A stretch of 63,892 nt of DNA, filler included, from Octopus bimaculoides (GCF_001194135.2; 8 parts of 8 records of this genome joined end to end with filler, not necessarily neighbours in it); one strand, 5' to 3'; positions 39,400-51,100 are shown, numbered from the whole stretch's first letter. The notes: generated by a model from the letters alone, not told the origin. Translations and numbers: made by a program.

Positions 39400-42300
39400 T
39401 ACATTTGGTGCAAAAATTAACAGACTCTACAGCGGCTCTTCACGGCAAGCTCTTGAGGAAATGCTAATTACCAAAAAGTATGAAATCAGGACACTGAGAG
39501 AAAAATTTCTTTACCATTGAAAAATGTTCGAGAAAAGTAGTATAAATCAAAAGTTTGCTTCCAATCCACAGGCATTATACAAGCGGATGAGGATGATAAA
39601 CATTACCGTGAAGAAAAACTATTCTCAAGAATGTCTTGAATCATTCCCGTCTTGAAAGAAAAGAGAGATTTCAACCAAAATGCAACGTGGCTAAATACAC
39701 TTGGGAAATAATACTGTACCAACATTGACAGTGAAACATCTGCAATCAGACCTAATAATTTCACTAATATTGGCAAATTTCCTAGTAGAAAGACAAGACA
39801 CTTGGAAGATACCAAATAGAAGGATATTGGAACAAGAGACTGACTTTCAAAAGAAAGCCGTTAATGTGTGTATTCAAAAGAACAATGGAAAGCTAGATTG
39901 ACACACCAATTTGGCTTGCTAAAGCACGGCGAATCTTGTAGTCAAATATGAAACCATCGAGTTGAGAGAAAACTCTTGGCCCATCGCTGGCCTAAACATT
40001 ATGTACAAACAGTACACAAGCTCTCTCAATCAATACCTCTAGGATCATTAGAGTCCAACAACATAGTGGATGATGAACAGGCTGAACAACTTTTAATAAA
40101 CAAAGCCGATATAGGAAAAGACCACAGAAAGCTTTTGACAGAATGACTCGACAATAAGAAAGCAATCAACTCTATTCTCTAGTCGTGGCTGAAGTGTTTG
40201 CACTTGGGAAAAGTAAATGCTACACAGACCTGGGTAACAATCCTAACACACACGAGGTGGAATCAAAAGGTTCCCAGACTAGTTGTGTTTAATAAAAAAA
40301 ATAACTTATCTACCTAAATTTTAAAATAATCTCCTTCGAAATAGTCACCGGTTCCAGCGTTTATGCCACTTTTGGAATCCGGCCTGGAAATCGTTTTTCG
40401 TAAGCGAGTCGAGGACCTTCTGAGATTCGCACTAAATCTCGACAACGATGTTAAAACGGCGACCTTTCAGCAACATTTTCATCTTGTGGAAGTGATGGAA
40501 GTCCGCAGGTGCTAAATCTGGCGAACAGGGCGGGTGCGGAAGCGATACCATGTTGTTTTGGCAAGAAACTCACGAGTGAGGAGAGTTTAGTGACAAGGTG
40601 CATTGTCGTCGTGAAGAACCCAATTCTTCGCGCTCCACAGATCCGGTCGCTTTTGCCGAATGTCCTCCCTCAATCGCTTCAAAACGTTGCAGTAAAACTC
40701 TCTATTGATGGTATGGCCCTGTGGGACGAATTCTCGATGCACAATACCACATTTTCGGGGGTGACGCTAGTGGCAGGTCTTCCAGATCGCTCATCGTCTT
40801 CCAGGGACGTTCTTCCGCTTTGAAGCGCCCGTGCCACTCGAAACATTGCGTACGACCCATTGCCTCGTCACTGTAAGCTTACCGAAGCATATTTAATGTC
40901 TCTGTAGCATACTTCCCAAGTTTAACGGAAAAACTTCATGTTGGCTCTTTGTTCCAACCTCTTGTCCATGATAAAATCGCATACACGTGATTACAAAACA
41001 CAAATTTCACAACTTACGAAGTAAACACAGCGATGTCACTCGGCACACTGTCTCGTGAAGGCCACTGCTAGCTCTCACTAACGCACGCAACTGTGTGCTG
41101 CTTTCTATTGATGCGCTACAGAACTAGTCCAGGAATTTTTTGATAACACTTCATACAATTGAGAGCATAACGATCATCGCTGATGTTATAAATATTTCGA
41201 AGGGAATATTCCAAGACGACAGTCCTTTTCTAATTCTATTTATTTTGACATTAAATCCGTTATCATGTCTGTTACAAAAATCCGATGACTGCGACAAAAG
41301 TCCAGTGACTACAACCGCTAGAGATATCAATGTAACCCATAATTTCTTTGTGAATGACCTGAAGATTTATGCTAAAAATGTTTAAAATGCCAAAGAAACA
41401 GCCGGAGTTAACAGCAACATTTTCAGTTGGCATAGGAATGGAATTTGACCAAAAAGCTTTTCGCACTCGATTTTTTAATGTAGAAAATGAGTCTCCCAAA
41501 CCAAAATCCTATGCACCAACAGTCCCTGTATCTCTCCTATTCCACTCAAAGTATGTTACAAGTACCGAGGCATTAATAAAAATACATCATGTGCAATATA
41601 TAACCGATAATATTACATCAGACTGAAAAATATGGCAGTCGGAACTTTCCTCTTACCAGTCAATATTCCACACTGCATTCGCAGTACCAGTGCTAATTCC
41701 AACATTTGGGATACTTGACTGGTATGTAGAGGAAATCAAACATTAAAGCCTGAAGGATACAGACATCAACTGGAAATTTCCATAGTAACAGGCCAGAGGC
41801 TTGAGATCAGTGTAGGCCACCTTCGAACGTCGTAATATCTCTTAGACAGCACCTGCTAAACAACAGCAAAAACAGCAGCCTTGTGCTGAAAAGTGAAGAA
41901 TACAACATCCTACGTGTCGGCAGTGAGTTTCTCAGAAAATATTTTTTTCTTGATGACCTCCCAAACAACCCCAAAAAAGCTGGACTGACAAACCTCAAAG
42001 AATGACCTGGTTCTGAAGCGCTCAGCAGACCAAAAAAAAAAAAGTGTACATAAGTATGTTTCCCGAAAATTTGAAGATAGCAGTAATAAGTAATATCGAC
42101 ATGAAGTGCAGCCTTTTTTGTTCTTGTGGCCGTTGCTTCACATCACACTCCGAAAGCTATGAGTTTACAATCCGAAGCTACAAAATACCTAATAAACACA
42201 AGAAATAGTGAAGCCCTTGGAACCTCAAAATGCGTTCGAATCTATCCATCATGTAACATTTCTGTGGAAAACAATACACGTATGATCAGAAGCTGCCCAA

Positions 42301-42470
42301 AACTGTCATCAAAGTACTACCTCCCTATGCGACATAACGTTGTCGCAAAAACAATATACAACGCCATACGAAAAATATACTCTCCTGGAATAAGTATAGA
42401 TAATCTTCCTGTAATTGAAAACATACATATACGTCAAGACAAGGAATATGAGTGGAACATTCTACCAAAT
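39400..42470 (+). mobile_element. Decayed R4/Dong-like (RLE-type) non-LTR retrotransposon in the last DRC3 intron, interrupted by a mariner
   Basis: Motifs: WPIAGLNIMYK (cf. YRPITCLN.MYK); KGIFQDDSPFLILFILTLNPLSCLL...THNFFVNDLKIYAK (cf. RGIFQGDSLSPLLF.LALNPLS...SHLLYMDDLKLYA); SCPKLSSKYYLPMRHNVVAK (CCHC region). There are many stops and frameshifts. Confidence 0.75.
40253..41153 (-). mobile_element. Internally deleted mariner (DD34D), 901 bp, sister of 12517-13423
   Basis: TIRs cgaggtggaatcaaaaggttcccagactagtt ... actagtccaggaattttttgataacacttca|TA. The reverse complement aligns end to end with 12517-13423 and contains HDDNAPCH and YPA(R)PVRQI/YSPDLAPAD-type sequence (ccctgttcgccagatttagcacctgcggac). 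Confidence 0.9.
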
Positions 42471-42502
42471 TAAAAGAGAAAGTTGAAAGAGATTAATCAT
42501 AC

Positions 42503-42694
42503 GTTTCTTAAATCTTCTGACACATCTTCAACCTCGTTCTTGTGTACGGTTTCTACGTTTATCAATGCAACTTCCATCATTTTCTCGTGGTGCTGACTTT
42601 CAAGGTCCCGGCAGTTGGCCAGAAGACCCTGGAAACCTTCAGTAAACGCCGAAACAAGATCGCGAAGATTGTGTTCAAATTCTTTAATTACATC
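42503..42694 (-). CDS. DRC3: DRC3/LRRC48 penultimate exon: DVIKEFEHNLRDLVSAFTEGFQGLLANCRDLESQHHEKMMEVALINVETVHKNEVEDVSEDLRN
   Basis: 192-nt phase 0/0 exon with acceptor ttttcatttatttaag| and donor |gtatga. It matches human ETINMFERNIVDMVGLFIENVQSLMAQCRDLENHHHEKLLEISI and splices in frame to 38502. Confidence 0.93.
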
Positions 42695-44367
42695 CTTAAA
42701 TAAATGAAAAATGAAAAATATTAAATCTAATTTTGAATATTTCAATTTGATGAAATGATTAACGTAAAGGTTAGTGAACCTGGCTACCAACCTAAATGCG
42801 TTATTGCCTCTTGTTGGTTATCTCACACTTCTATTTAAATACCATTACATCAAGGGATTCTTTTAAGCTCAGAGAAGGAAGGATAACATCTATGTGACAA
42901 GCCCTTTTGACTCTTTTTAAAGTATTCATGATGTTTTAAGTAATCGTGAGATAAGAAATTTGGTCCGAAGGTTGTTGCGTAATAAATACCCCTAATGGAA
43001 CCCAAAGACCAGGGGATGGTATCAAACTGTTTGACAGATAAAGTTTGTCCTCTAAGAATACTCGTCCATTTTGAAATTTTTTGATCTTATAATTTTTGCT
43101 TATCCCCTCTTTGAAGTTGATATATGCCGCTAACCTGTAAATGTTTATAATCCCCTATTGTAATCGACGATTACAAATAATTGCCGTGAAAAACGTCATC
43201 AGTCTGTGAAGCCTAATATTTCGTAAAAAGTGTTATGCTTTTAGCTGTGTGACTTGCTTCATGAGTAATGAAAATGTAGTGTTACTTTTTTCACATGTAT
43301 AATGTCTGACTTTTTTAATCAAAAACAGAGAAGATTTTCTCAATGTTCGTGCATATTTGGCCACTGTGATTGATTGTCAGTGAAAGTTACCTATGTGCCA
43401 AAGGTTGAGAAGATGTATATAGTAGTGAAATCTTGCTTTCGTATACATTTGCTGCTTTCTTCCAAGGAATCTAGTGCTCTAAGCTTAGATTTTCCTTGGG
43501 GCCGGCCAGATTGGAGCAGTTTCGAGTATAACCAGCCGAAACTGCAAATCCAATCTGGAACTCGACTGACGAAAGAAAACTCCGAATGACCCGTCCTTGA
43601 TTTTTCTCGTCACTTTTTCGTATCNNNNNNNNNNNNNNNNNNNNNNNNNNNNNNNNNNNNNNNNNNNNNNNNNNNNNNNNNNNNNNNNNNNNNNNNNNNN
43701 NNNNNNNNNNNNNNNNNNNNNNNNNNNNNNNNNNNNNNNNNNNNNNNNNNNNNNNNNNNNNNNNNNNNNNNNNNNNNNNNNNNNNNNNNNNNNNNNNNNN
43801 NNNNNNNNNNNNNNNNNNNNNNNNNNNNNNNNNNNNNNNNNNNNNNNNNNNNNNNNNNNNNNNNNNNNNNNNNNNNNNNNNNNNNNNNNNNNNNNNNNNN
43901 NNNNNNNNNNNNNNNNNNNNNNNNNNNNNNNNNNNNNNNNNNNNNNNNNNNNNNNNNNNNNATGTAGACACCTTTGGTGGGACTCCAATAAGTGTCGAAA
44001 ATCAATTAAGAGTGTTCGTCATTATTTTTTCAATCTGCGGGAAAATAAGTAAACTTGATATGTCGGTATGTCTCCTACGTAGGTTTACACAGCTTCGAAA
44101 AGAGAGTGGTTACAATCGGTTGAGCGCAGAGGCTGCATGGATATCAGAGGGGAAATGTATGCTATAGTGCGTTTGTTGCGGTTACAAAAGAACTCGAACA
44201 TTGCTTGGTAGCCTCGTTGCTGAACAGCACCGCTAGAAAGAGAACGTTACTGTAAGAGGGTGCCGAACTCGTTGTGGTCTCCAGTCGACAGCTGATGAAG
44301 GGGGCTTTCCCACAGTGCAAGCTATGTGTACAATAGAATATTGTTTATTTTCCAAGCATTTTCAAAT

Positions 44368-44580
44368 GTTGGTTTCAAATTTTGACATAAGACCGGCAAT
44401 TCCGGAAGAAGGTAACTCAATTACATCGACCCCAGTACTCAACTGATACTTATTTTGTCAACCCGAAATGATGAAAGGCAAAGTCGACCTCGGCGAAATT
44501 TGAACTTAGAACGTGAAGACGGGCGAAATGTAGTAAAGCATTTCTACCGGCGTGCTGGCGATTCTCCTTGCTCGCCACCT
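44368..44580 (-). mobile_element. SINE with Nin/Deu-like central domain; sister copies at 47030-47246 and 19570-19755
   Basis: The reverse complement contains gactttgcctttcatc(ctt)tcggg(g)tcgacaaaataagta.cagttgagtactggggtcgatgtaat, which resembles the Nin/Deu core as I recall it. It is preceded by a gagttcaaatt B-box. Confidence 0.65.
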
Positions 44581-45099
44581 TCATGCTTTTTCAAATATTA
44601 ATAATGAATTCACTTCACAGTTTATTAATGGTTTTTACAGGTGACCTCAATAAACTTGCTATGTATGTGATATATATGTTTTGCTAAAAAGCAAAGACAA
44701 GACATATAAGACATTGTTTAGAGAGTTCATCGTGCCTACTTTAGGGTGTAAAATCAATATAAAAGTCAGGTGGCAGCTTTGACAAATTGGAGTTATGGTC
44801 AGAAGAGAAAAGTTTATCATTATAGTTGTTGTTGTTATTGATTAGAATCTCTGTAATTGTCTTGGTGAGCAGATCTATAATCAAAGACATTCCAGCCATG
44901 ACTATCTCACCTTATTCAAGTAGCCTATCCAGGACAGCATTATCCAGTGTGTTCTTCCTATTTGAGACGATTGGATTAGTCCGAGGGAGATTTGGCTGCT
45001 ATTTCTAACAGAGCGTGTGGTCACGAAGAGGTTTCCTTCATTGGCTCGAGTTTTAACTTTTGGAATCCTTTTGGGACAGTGTGAACCTGGAAATTATAT

Positions 45100-45560
45100 G
45101 GACGAACAACTTACTTCTGCTCGAGCATTGTTCCAGGTTTTACAATGGCCCAAAACAAAGTTTACAGTCCCCAGACCTTGAATCAACAATCAAACCTATT
45201 TTCATTCCTGTACCTCATCTACCTGACAACGTGGCCCTTTATTATAATCTAGATTCAGCTCCAAGAAAACAACAATGTTTATGAACCGGAACCGGAAGAA
45301 AATAACATAAACAAGTCATTCAAGCAAAATTGAATGGGTTAGAATTTTATATCTGCAGAACGTTGCGGAGAACGAGTTTTAGTACATCTTTTGAGAGAAC
45401 AAGTTTCAGTATATCTTTTACCTGGCATAAAAAACATAAAAAATGGTTTAGGGATTTTTTTTTCTGTAGAGAATGGTGTCTTAGATATTTGCAAGGCATT
45501 TTCGGAATTGGTTTGCAAGTTAGAAATCGGAAACCAAACTTTAGATTGGTGGCTATAGAA
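45100..45560 (+). mobile_element. Degenerate DNA-transposon-like remnant (superfamily uncertain); related copy at 47340-47560
   Basis: The two loci share caatgtttatgaaccggaaccggaa...aatgggttaga...gagaacaagtt...tggcata. The translation PDLESTIKPIFIPVPH...FSVENGV...DWWL resembles a widespread animal transposase-like family. Confidence 0.4.
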
Positions 45561-48500
45561 TTCACATTATTCTGTCAAAAATAATGCTTATTTATTCACA
45601 TTGTTTTAAAATTTATCATGCATCATCTTGTAGCTTTGAGATTTTGATGAAATAATTGTTAATTTTTAAAATGATATAGTAGGGTCAGTGTGAAAGACCA
45701 GATCTGACCAGTTTGAGCATAAAGTAAGTATAATATTTTGACTGAGTGTTATACTTCACGATAGCAACAATACCAGTAACTCATTCTTCTCATTTAAAAA
45801 TAATCTAACCCCAAATTACTTCGAAAATAAAAGCGCCAGATGTGACATATATGGATATCTATTGTGTAAGGATAGCAGAATCCTTTGCATGTTTACTTGA
45901 TCAGCAACAAAGGTATACAAAAATGCCAAGTTTCATACACAAAGGCTAGTACGAGGCTAGCAATCAGAGGGAAAGCATTGATCTCTCGAAAATAATATTA
46001 CTCTGGTTTCGAAGAATATTTTACAATAAATAATTAGCTGCATCAATTGTTTAGTTGAACCAAATAAAATGCCTCTACGATACTTGCATATCCAATTATG
46101 CTTGATGAAGCAATGTGTCAAAGCATTGAATAAGGAATGGTGAATTGTTTCCAATGTTTAAAATACCTAAACATCAGATAGGAGAAAATAAAGTAAGGTA
46201 TTGCTATAGGTCCTCGGATAAAATTATTGCTAGATGATGAAGTTTTCCATTCAATCAAACAAGGAAAATGAAAGTGGACGAGTAAAATGTACGATTCATA
46301 AGTATCATACTTGATGCATAACAGACGCATGGACATATTAGATGCATTCCAATTTTAGTAGTGCATATTCAGGAAATGAATTTTTAGTGCATTAAAGCTT
46401 ATGGAAGGCCTAACTTTGCATATAGAACCGGGGAAATTTTTTGAAACTTTTTTTTGTTGTATAATGTGCCTTATATTCAGATACGGCATTTTGTTTGGGG
46501 TTGTAATATAAGCGGTTGCTTTACTTATTTTCTCTTCTCGACTGTTTTCACATCAATCTAGAAGTTGTTAGCGAGAGATAAGAGCAAAGTTTTCACTAAA
46601 CTCTCAAAGATATGAAGAGAAGATATCAGGGGAAATAAAATGTCAATATGACGGTGGATTAACCCTCGATATATCTACCCTAAAACAATGAATTATGAGT
46701 CTCCACACACACTCACACACACACACGCACGCATGCACACACACACGCACACACACGCACACATACACACATTTGCCTATCCACATATAAGTGCATGCAC
46801 ATAGGTGCGTTTATGTGAAAGCACACGGCCTAATGTTAAGGGTGTTCCGTCTATGACCCTACGAAAATCGAGGTTTCAATTCCCCAACCGGGTGGCAAAG
46901 TGTGTCTTCTGTTCAGCTATAATAAGTACCTGCCAGGTGCTGTTGCAGCCCTCACTACCGCCAGCTGTCACATCCTGAATCTCCTGAGAGAATGGGTATG
47001 GCTGTTCGCCAATAGAAAAACACCTAAAAATATTGGTTTCAAATTTTGGCTCACGGCCTGAAATTTTGGAAGTGGGTAAGTCGATTACATCGACCCCGTG
47101 CTCAACTGGTACTCATTTTATCGACCCCGGAAGGATGAAAGGCAAAGTCGACGTCGGCGGGATTTGAACTCGGAACGTAAAGACGGACGAAATGCCGCTA
47201 AGTAGTTTGCCTGGCGTTTTAACGATTCAGCCAGCTCGCCGCCTTACAAACACCTAAAATATTGGCAGATGCTACAGAGCCGTACTCGCTGGTGAGTGGC
47301 AACTGGCTGACTCTTTATAATACAGATTCGAGTCCCAGGAAATGACAATGTTTATGAACCGGAACCGGAACCTGTTAAGGTTATAGATTATTATCTATAG
47401 CCTTAACCGTTTACTTAGGCCGAACCGAATGGGTTAGAGATTCAGATCAGCTTAAGGAGTTTGCAGAACTTTTGGGAGAACAAGTTGTTGAGATTCAGTA
47501 CAGCTTTTCCTTGGCATAGAAAGCGTAAAAGATAATGGAATGATTATGTTTTGGGAAACACTAACCAAGCTTTTTTAAGTAATTTACTTCCTTAACAGTA
47601 GCTAAAATGACGAAATAAAATTTTCACAGAAAATCGAACATTCACTTATTCACTCGTATTTTCTTTTCGTCTTTTCCTTCCTTGTTGAGTCAGGGTATTA
47701 AGTGGGATAACAAAAGCAAATGCAGTATTTACGAAGTTCGTTCTTTGAGAGTCACGTAGTCTTTTACTATAGCTCCGGGTTGACCTATGCCTTATACGTG
47801 TGTGTGTCATACCGGCCATGATGAAATACCACAAGGTATAGAAAATACGTATTCGCCTTTATATATTTAATCCTTTATATTGAACACTCAATATTTCATC
47901 TATTCAATAAGACATATTCCATATATTCAATAAGACATTCAATACTTTATTTCATAGTACCATCCATTTTTATTTTATATTATATATTGTATATTATACT
48001 ATATATTGTATATTCCATATTCTATATCCCACATTGGTTTTGCAGGAATATAAATAAAACATAAAAATCAGACAGTGTTGGAATTCTTTTAAACAAAATA
48101 ATATATTCCTCTATACACAATCATACAAAACCCCTTTTTCTGTATTTNNNNNNNNNNNNNNNNNNNNNNNNNNNNNNNNNNNNNNNNNNNNNNNNNNNNN
48201 NNNNNNNNNNNNNNNNNNNNNNNNNNNNNNNNNNNNNNNNNNNNNNNNNNNNNNNNNNNNNNNNNNNNNNNNNNNNNNNNNNNNNNNNNNNNNNNNNNNN
48301 NNNNNNNNNNNNNNNNNNNNNNNNNNNNNNNNNNNNNNNNNNNNNNNNNNNNNNNNNNNNNNNNNNNNNNNNNNNNNNNNNNNNNNNNNNNNNNNNNNNN
48401 NNNNNNNNNNNNNNNNNNNNNNNNNNNNNNNNNNNNNNNNNNNNNNNNNNNNNNNNNNNNNNNNNNNNNNNNNNNNNNNNNNNNNNNNNNNNNNNNNNNN

Positions 48501-49059
48501 NNNNNNNNNNNNNNNNNNNNNNNNNNNNNNNNNNNNNNNNNNNNNNNNNNNNNNNNNNNNNNNNNNNNNNNNNNNNNNNNNNNNNNNNNNNNNNNNNNNN
48601 NNNNNNNNNNNNNNNNNNNNNNNNNNNNNNNNNNNNNNNNNNNNNNNNNNNNNNNNNNNNNNNNNNNNNNNNNNNNNNNNNNNNNNNNNNNNNNNNNNNN
48701 NNNNNNNNNNNNNNNNNNNNNNNNNNNNNNNNNNNNNNNNNNNNNNNNNNNNNNNNNNNNNNNNNNNNNNNNNNNNNNNNNNNNNNNNNNNNNNNNNNNN
48801 NNNNNNNNNNNNNNNNNNNNNNNNNNNNNNNNNNNNNNNNNNNNNNNNNNNNNNNNNNNNNNNNNNNNNNNNNNNNNNNNNNNNNNNNNNNNNNNNNNNN
48901 NNNNNNNNNNNNNNNNNNNNNNNNNNNNNNNNNNNNNNNNNNNNNNNNNNNNNNNNNNNNNNNNNNNNNNNNNNNNNNNNNNNNNNNNNNNNNNNNNNNN
49001 NNNNNNNNNNNNNNNNNNNNNNNNNNNNNNNNCACACACACACGCACACATATATATAG

Positions 49060-49510
49060 GGAGAATTTACAAAAAAAAAAACAAAAGACGAAGACATGTG
49101 ATGAAGACAACAAACAGATGTATTAGTTTAGCGCTCGGGAAGTGAAAAAGTCTTTAACGTTTCGAGCCTACGCTCTTCCACAAAAAGGAACACAGAAAGA
49201 AACAAGGAGAGAAAATAAAGAATTTGTAGTGGCTAGCAATCTATCATGGTGAATGCCGGACAGAGGGGTCACACAGGAGAGCTAGGAAGAAGGGGAGATA
49301 ATTAAGTAGTGGTGATCCCAAAACAAAGGTGCACGTGCGTATATAAGAGAGCATGTATGTGCGTGTGGAAGATGGCTGGTGACCTTGACGTGTGTGTGCA
49401 TGTGTAGGTGTGTGGATGATGGTGATACACCATCATCCACACACCTACACATGCACACACACACGTCAAGGTCACCAGCCCTCTTCCACATGCACATACA
49501 TAAACTATAA
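49060..49510 (-). mobile_element. Penelope-like terminal-repeat-derived interspersed repeat; related copy at ~33240-33480
   Basis: The two loci share aaacaaaagacgaagac...gtattagttt...cgggaa...aaaaagtcttt.ac.tttcgagc.ta.gctcttc. The ...gaagagc-loop-gctcgaaacgt motif is typical of PLE ends. Confidence 0.5.
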
Positions 49511-49588
49511 ACACACATATATTATCCCCTCAAAATAAAGCTGTCGGCGGACGACACGAGATAAAATTCAAAACTTACATAAAAGGTT

Positions 49589-49638
49589 AATTCTCTATTG
49601 CAATTTCGAAGTTAGGAACTCTTCTCTTCAGGAGAACA
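49589..49638 (-). ncRNA. Minimal type I hammerhead ribozyme, canonical core
   Basis: Minus-strand RNA: UGUUCUC-CUGAAGA-GAAG aguuccuaa CUUC-GAA-AU UGCA AU-A^-GAGAAUU. Stem I is GUUCUC/GAGAAU, stem II is GAAG/CUUC, and stem III has 2 bp with a palindromic UGCA loop. Predicted cleavage is after the AUA triplet, between 49596 and 49595. Confidence 0.8.
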
Positions 49639-50074
49639 TTCCTGTAGATTGGGAAGAGATAAAATATGAGTGTTTATAGTGGCTTTATAGCGGTTTTGAT
49701 TGCTATTTCTAGACATCTAAGGGTTTTTGCAACCCTCTCTGTTATAATTGTGATTTATCCATAATTATACACACTTCTCTTATGAAATTTTTTGATTGCA
49801 TGTTTGGCCATTGATATACTCGTAAATAGTTATGAATTGTTTATGATACCTCCTTCGTAATGTATTTTTACATTCCTCTTTAATTATTTAATTTTTCACT
49901 CATATCCGGTGTATCGCATGGCTCGATTTACTGGTCTTTTCTTATAAACGTTGTGCATGTCATTGGAATTCAGAATTTGAATGAGTAGATAGAGGTTGAC
50001 ACATTATTCTTGCTGGTCGGGACACATGTAAGCCCCAAGGGATATTTTTTAATGCTAATTTGAATCTACAGGAA

Positions 50075-50138
50075 TGTTCTCTTGAAGAGAATAGTGGAAC
50101 TATTTTGGTTCCTAACTTCGAAATTGCAATAGAGAATT
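50075..50138 (+). ncRNA. Second minimal type I hammerhead (C3U core variant, enlarged stem II)
   Basis: UGUUCUC-UUGAAGA-GAAuaguGGAACuauuuugGUUCCuaacUUC-GAA-AUUGCAAU-A^-GAGAAUU. Stems I and III are identical to the minus-strand copy. Confidence 0.6.
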
Positions 50139-50959
50139 AACCTTTTATTTAAGTTTTGAATTTTATGTCATGTCGCCCGCCGACAGCTTTATTGTGAAGA
50201 GATAAAATATGAGTGTTTATAGAGGCTTTACAACGGTTTTGACTACTAATTCTAGACTGCTACTTTTGCAACCCTCTCCAAATCATCAGCACCCAAACAG
50301 CAGCGCCCAATTGTCTAGTTCCGACTTGGGCCGATACAGCTTTGCACAAGTGTTATCACAGACGTTACTGTCAAAGTTCAAAAAGCCGGAACAGACATTA
50401 TAAAGCATCTCATCTGATCTTCTAACGGTTCCGCAATCTACTGCCATGGATTAGAATTTTATTATTGACTCTAAAAGAATGAAAGACGAAGTTGGCCGAG
50501 GCTAGATTTAAGCTCAGGGTGCAGGGAGTTACAACAAATACAAAAAGGCATCTCATCCAAACCTCTAACAATTCCACTGATATATTGCCCAATGTTCGCA
50601 ACATTTTATCGACCACAAAATGATGAAAATTAAGGTTGTCTTCAGCGGGATTCGAACTTTGAGTGCAGAGAGTCGTAACAAATACTGCAAAGCATTCTAT
50701 CCAACACTCTACCTACCCTGCCAATTTCACCGCCATTGTTCACTTATCATAAATATTCGTTTTTTTTTTTTAAATTTTCCCCCGCCGTTAATGAATCAGA
50801 ACATTTGAAAGAGATGTCATACAGGCACACCACCGATTTTCTGGTATCCTTCGTTCTAAAGCCTTTGACAGATCAACCGTTTTGCCAAACCATTTGTGGT
50901 CACATAATAGCAATTCATCAACACCTCTCTAACCTACTAATTACCCAGAGTATGGAGGT

Positions 50960-51100
50960 GTTATACACTTCTATGCTCCACGAAACACAGCTGGTGAGCT
51001 GAAATACCACGGTCAAATTTTTTCAACAGTTTTGCTTTATCTTGCATCGATAAGGATTGGTATTTACAGTTGACACTAACACTGACGCTCTGAATTCTCT
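50960..51100 (-). mobile_element. Tigger/pogo-like transposase N-terminal (CENP-B-type HTH) remnant
   Basis: KYQSLSMQDKAKLLKKFDRGISAHQLC resembles KRKSLSI.EK..LL...D.G.S...L. A pogo-like terminus (catcttatatgccgacaaatacgg) lies near 51970-51993. Confidence 0.5.

Larger units (their letters stand above)
49534..50278 (-). mobile_element. Penelope-like element remnant: decayed GIY-YIG endonuclease C-terminus flanked by inverted pLTR-like repeats
   Basis: Inverted repeats at 49534-49650 and 50063-50193; direct repeat at 49653-49739 and 50196-50278. The minus translation gives YTG...LKRNVKIH...SMAKHAI...LEIAIK...LFPIYRNVL, running straight into a hammerhead core. Confidence 0.65.

Noticed and set aside
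43506-43600. Hairpin gcagtttcg...cgaaactgc plus a CUGACGAA...GAAU motif resembling a hammerhead
   Set aside because: It lacks the GAAA core and consistent stems I and III. It is part of a dispersed repeat also at ~34760-34800.
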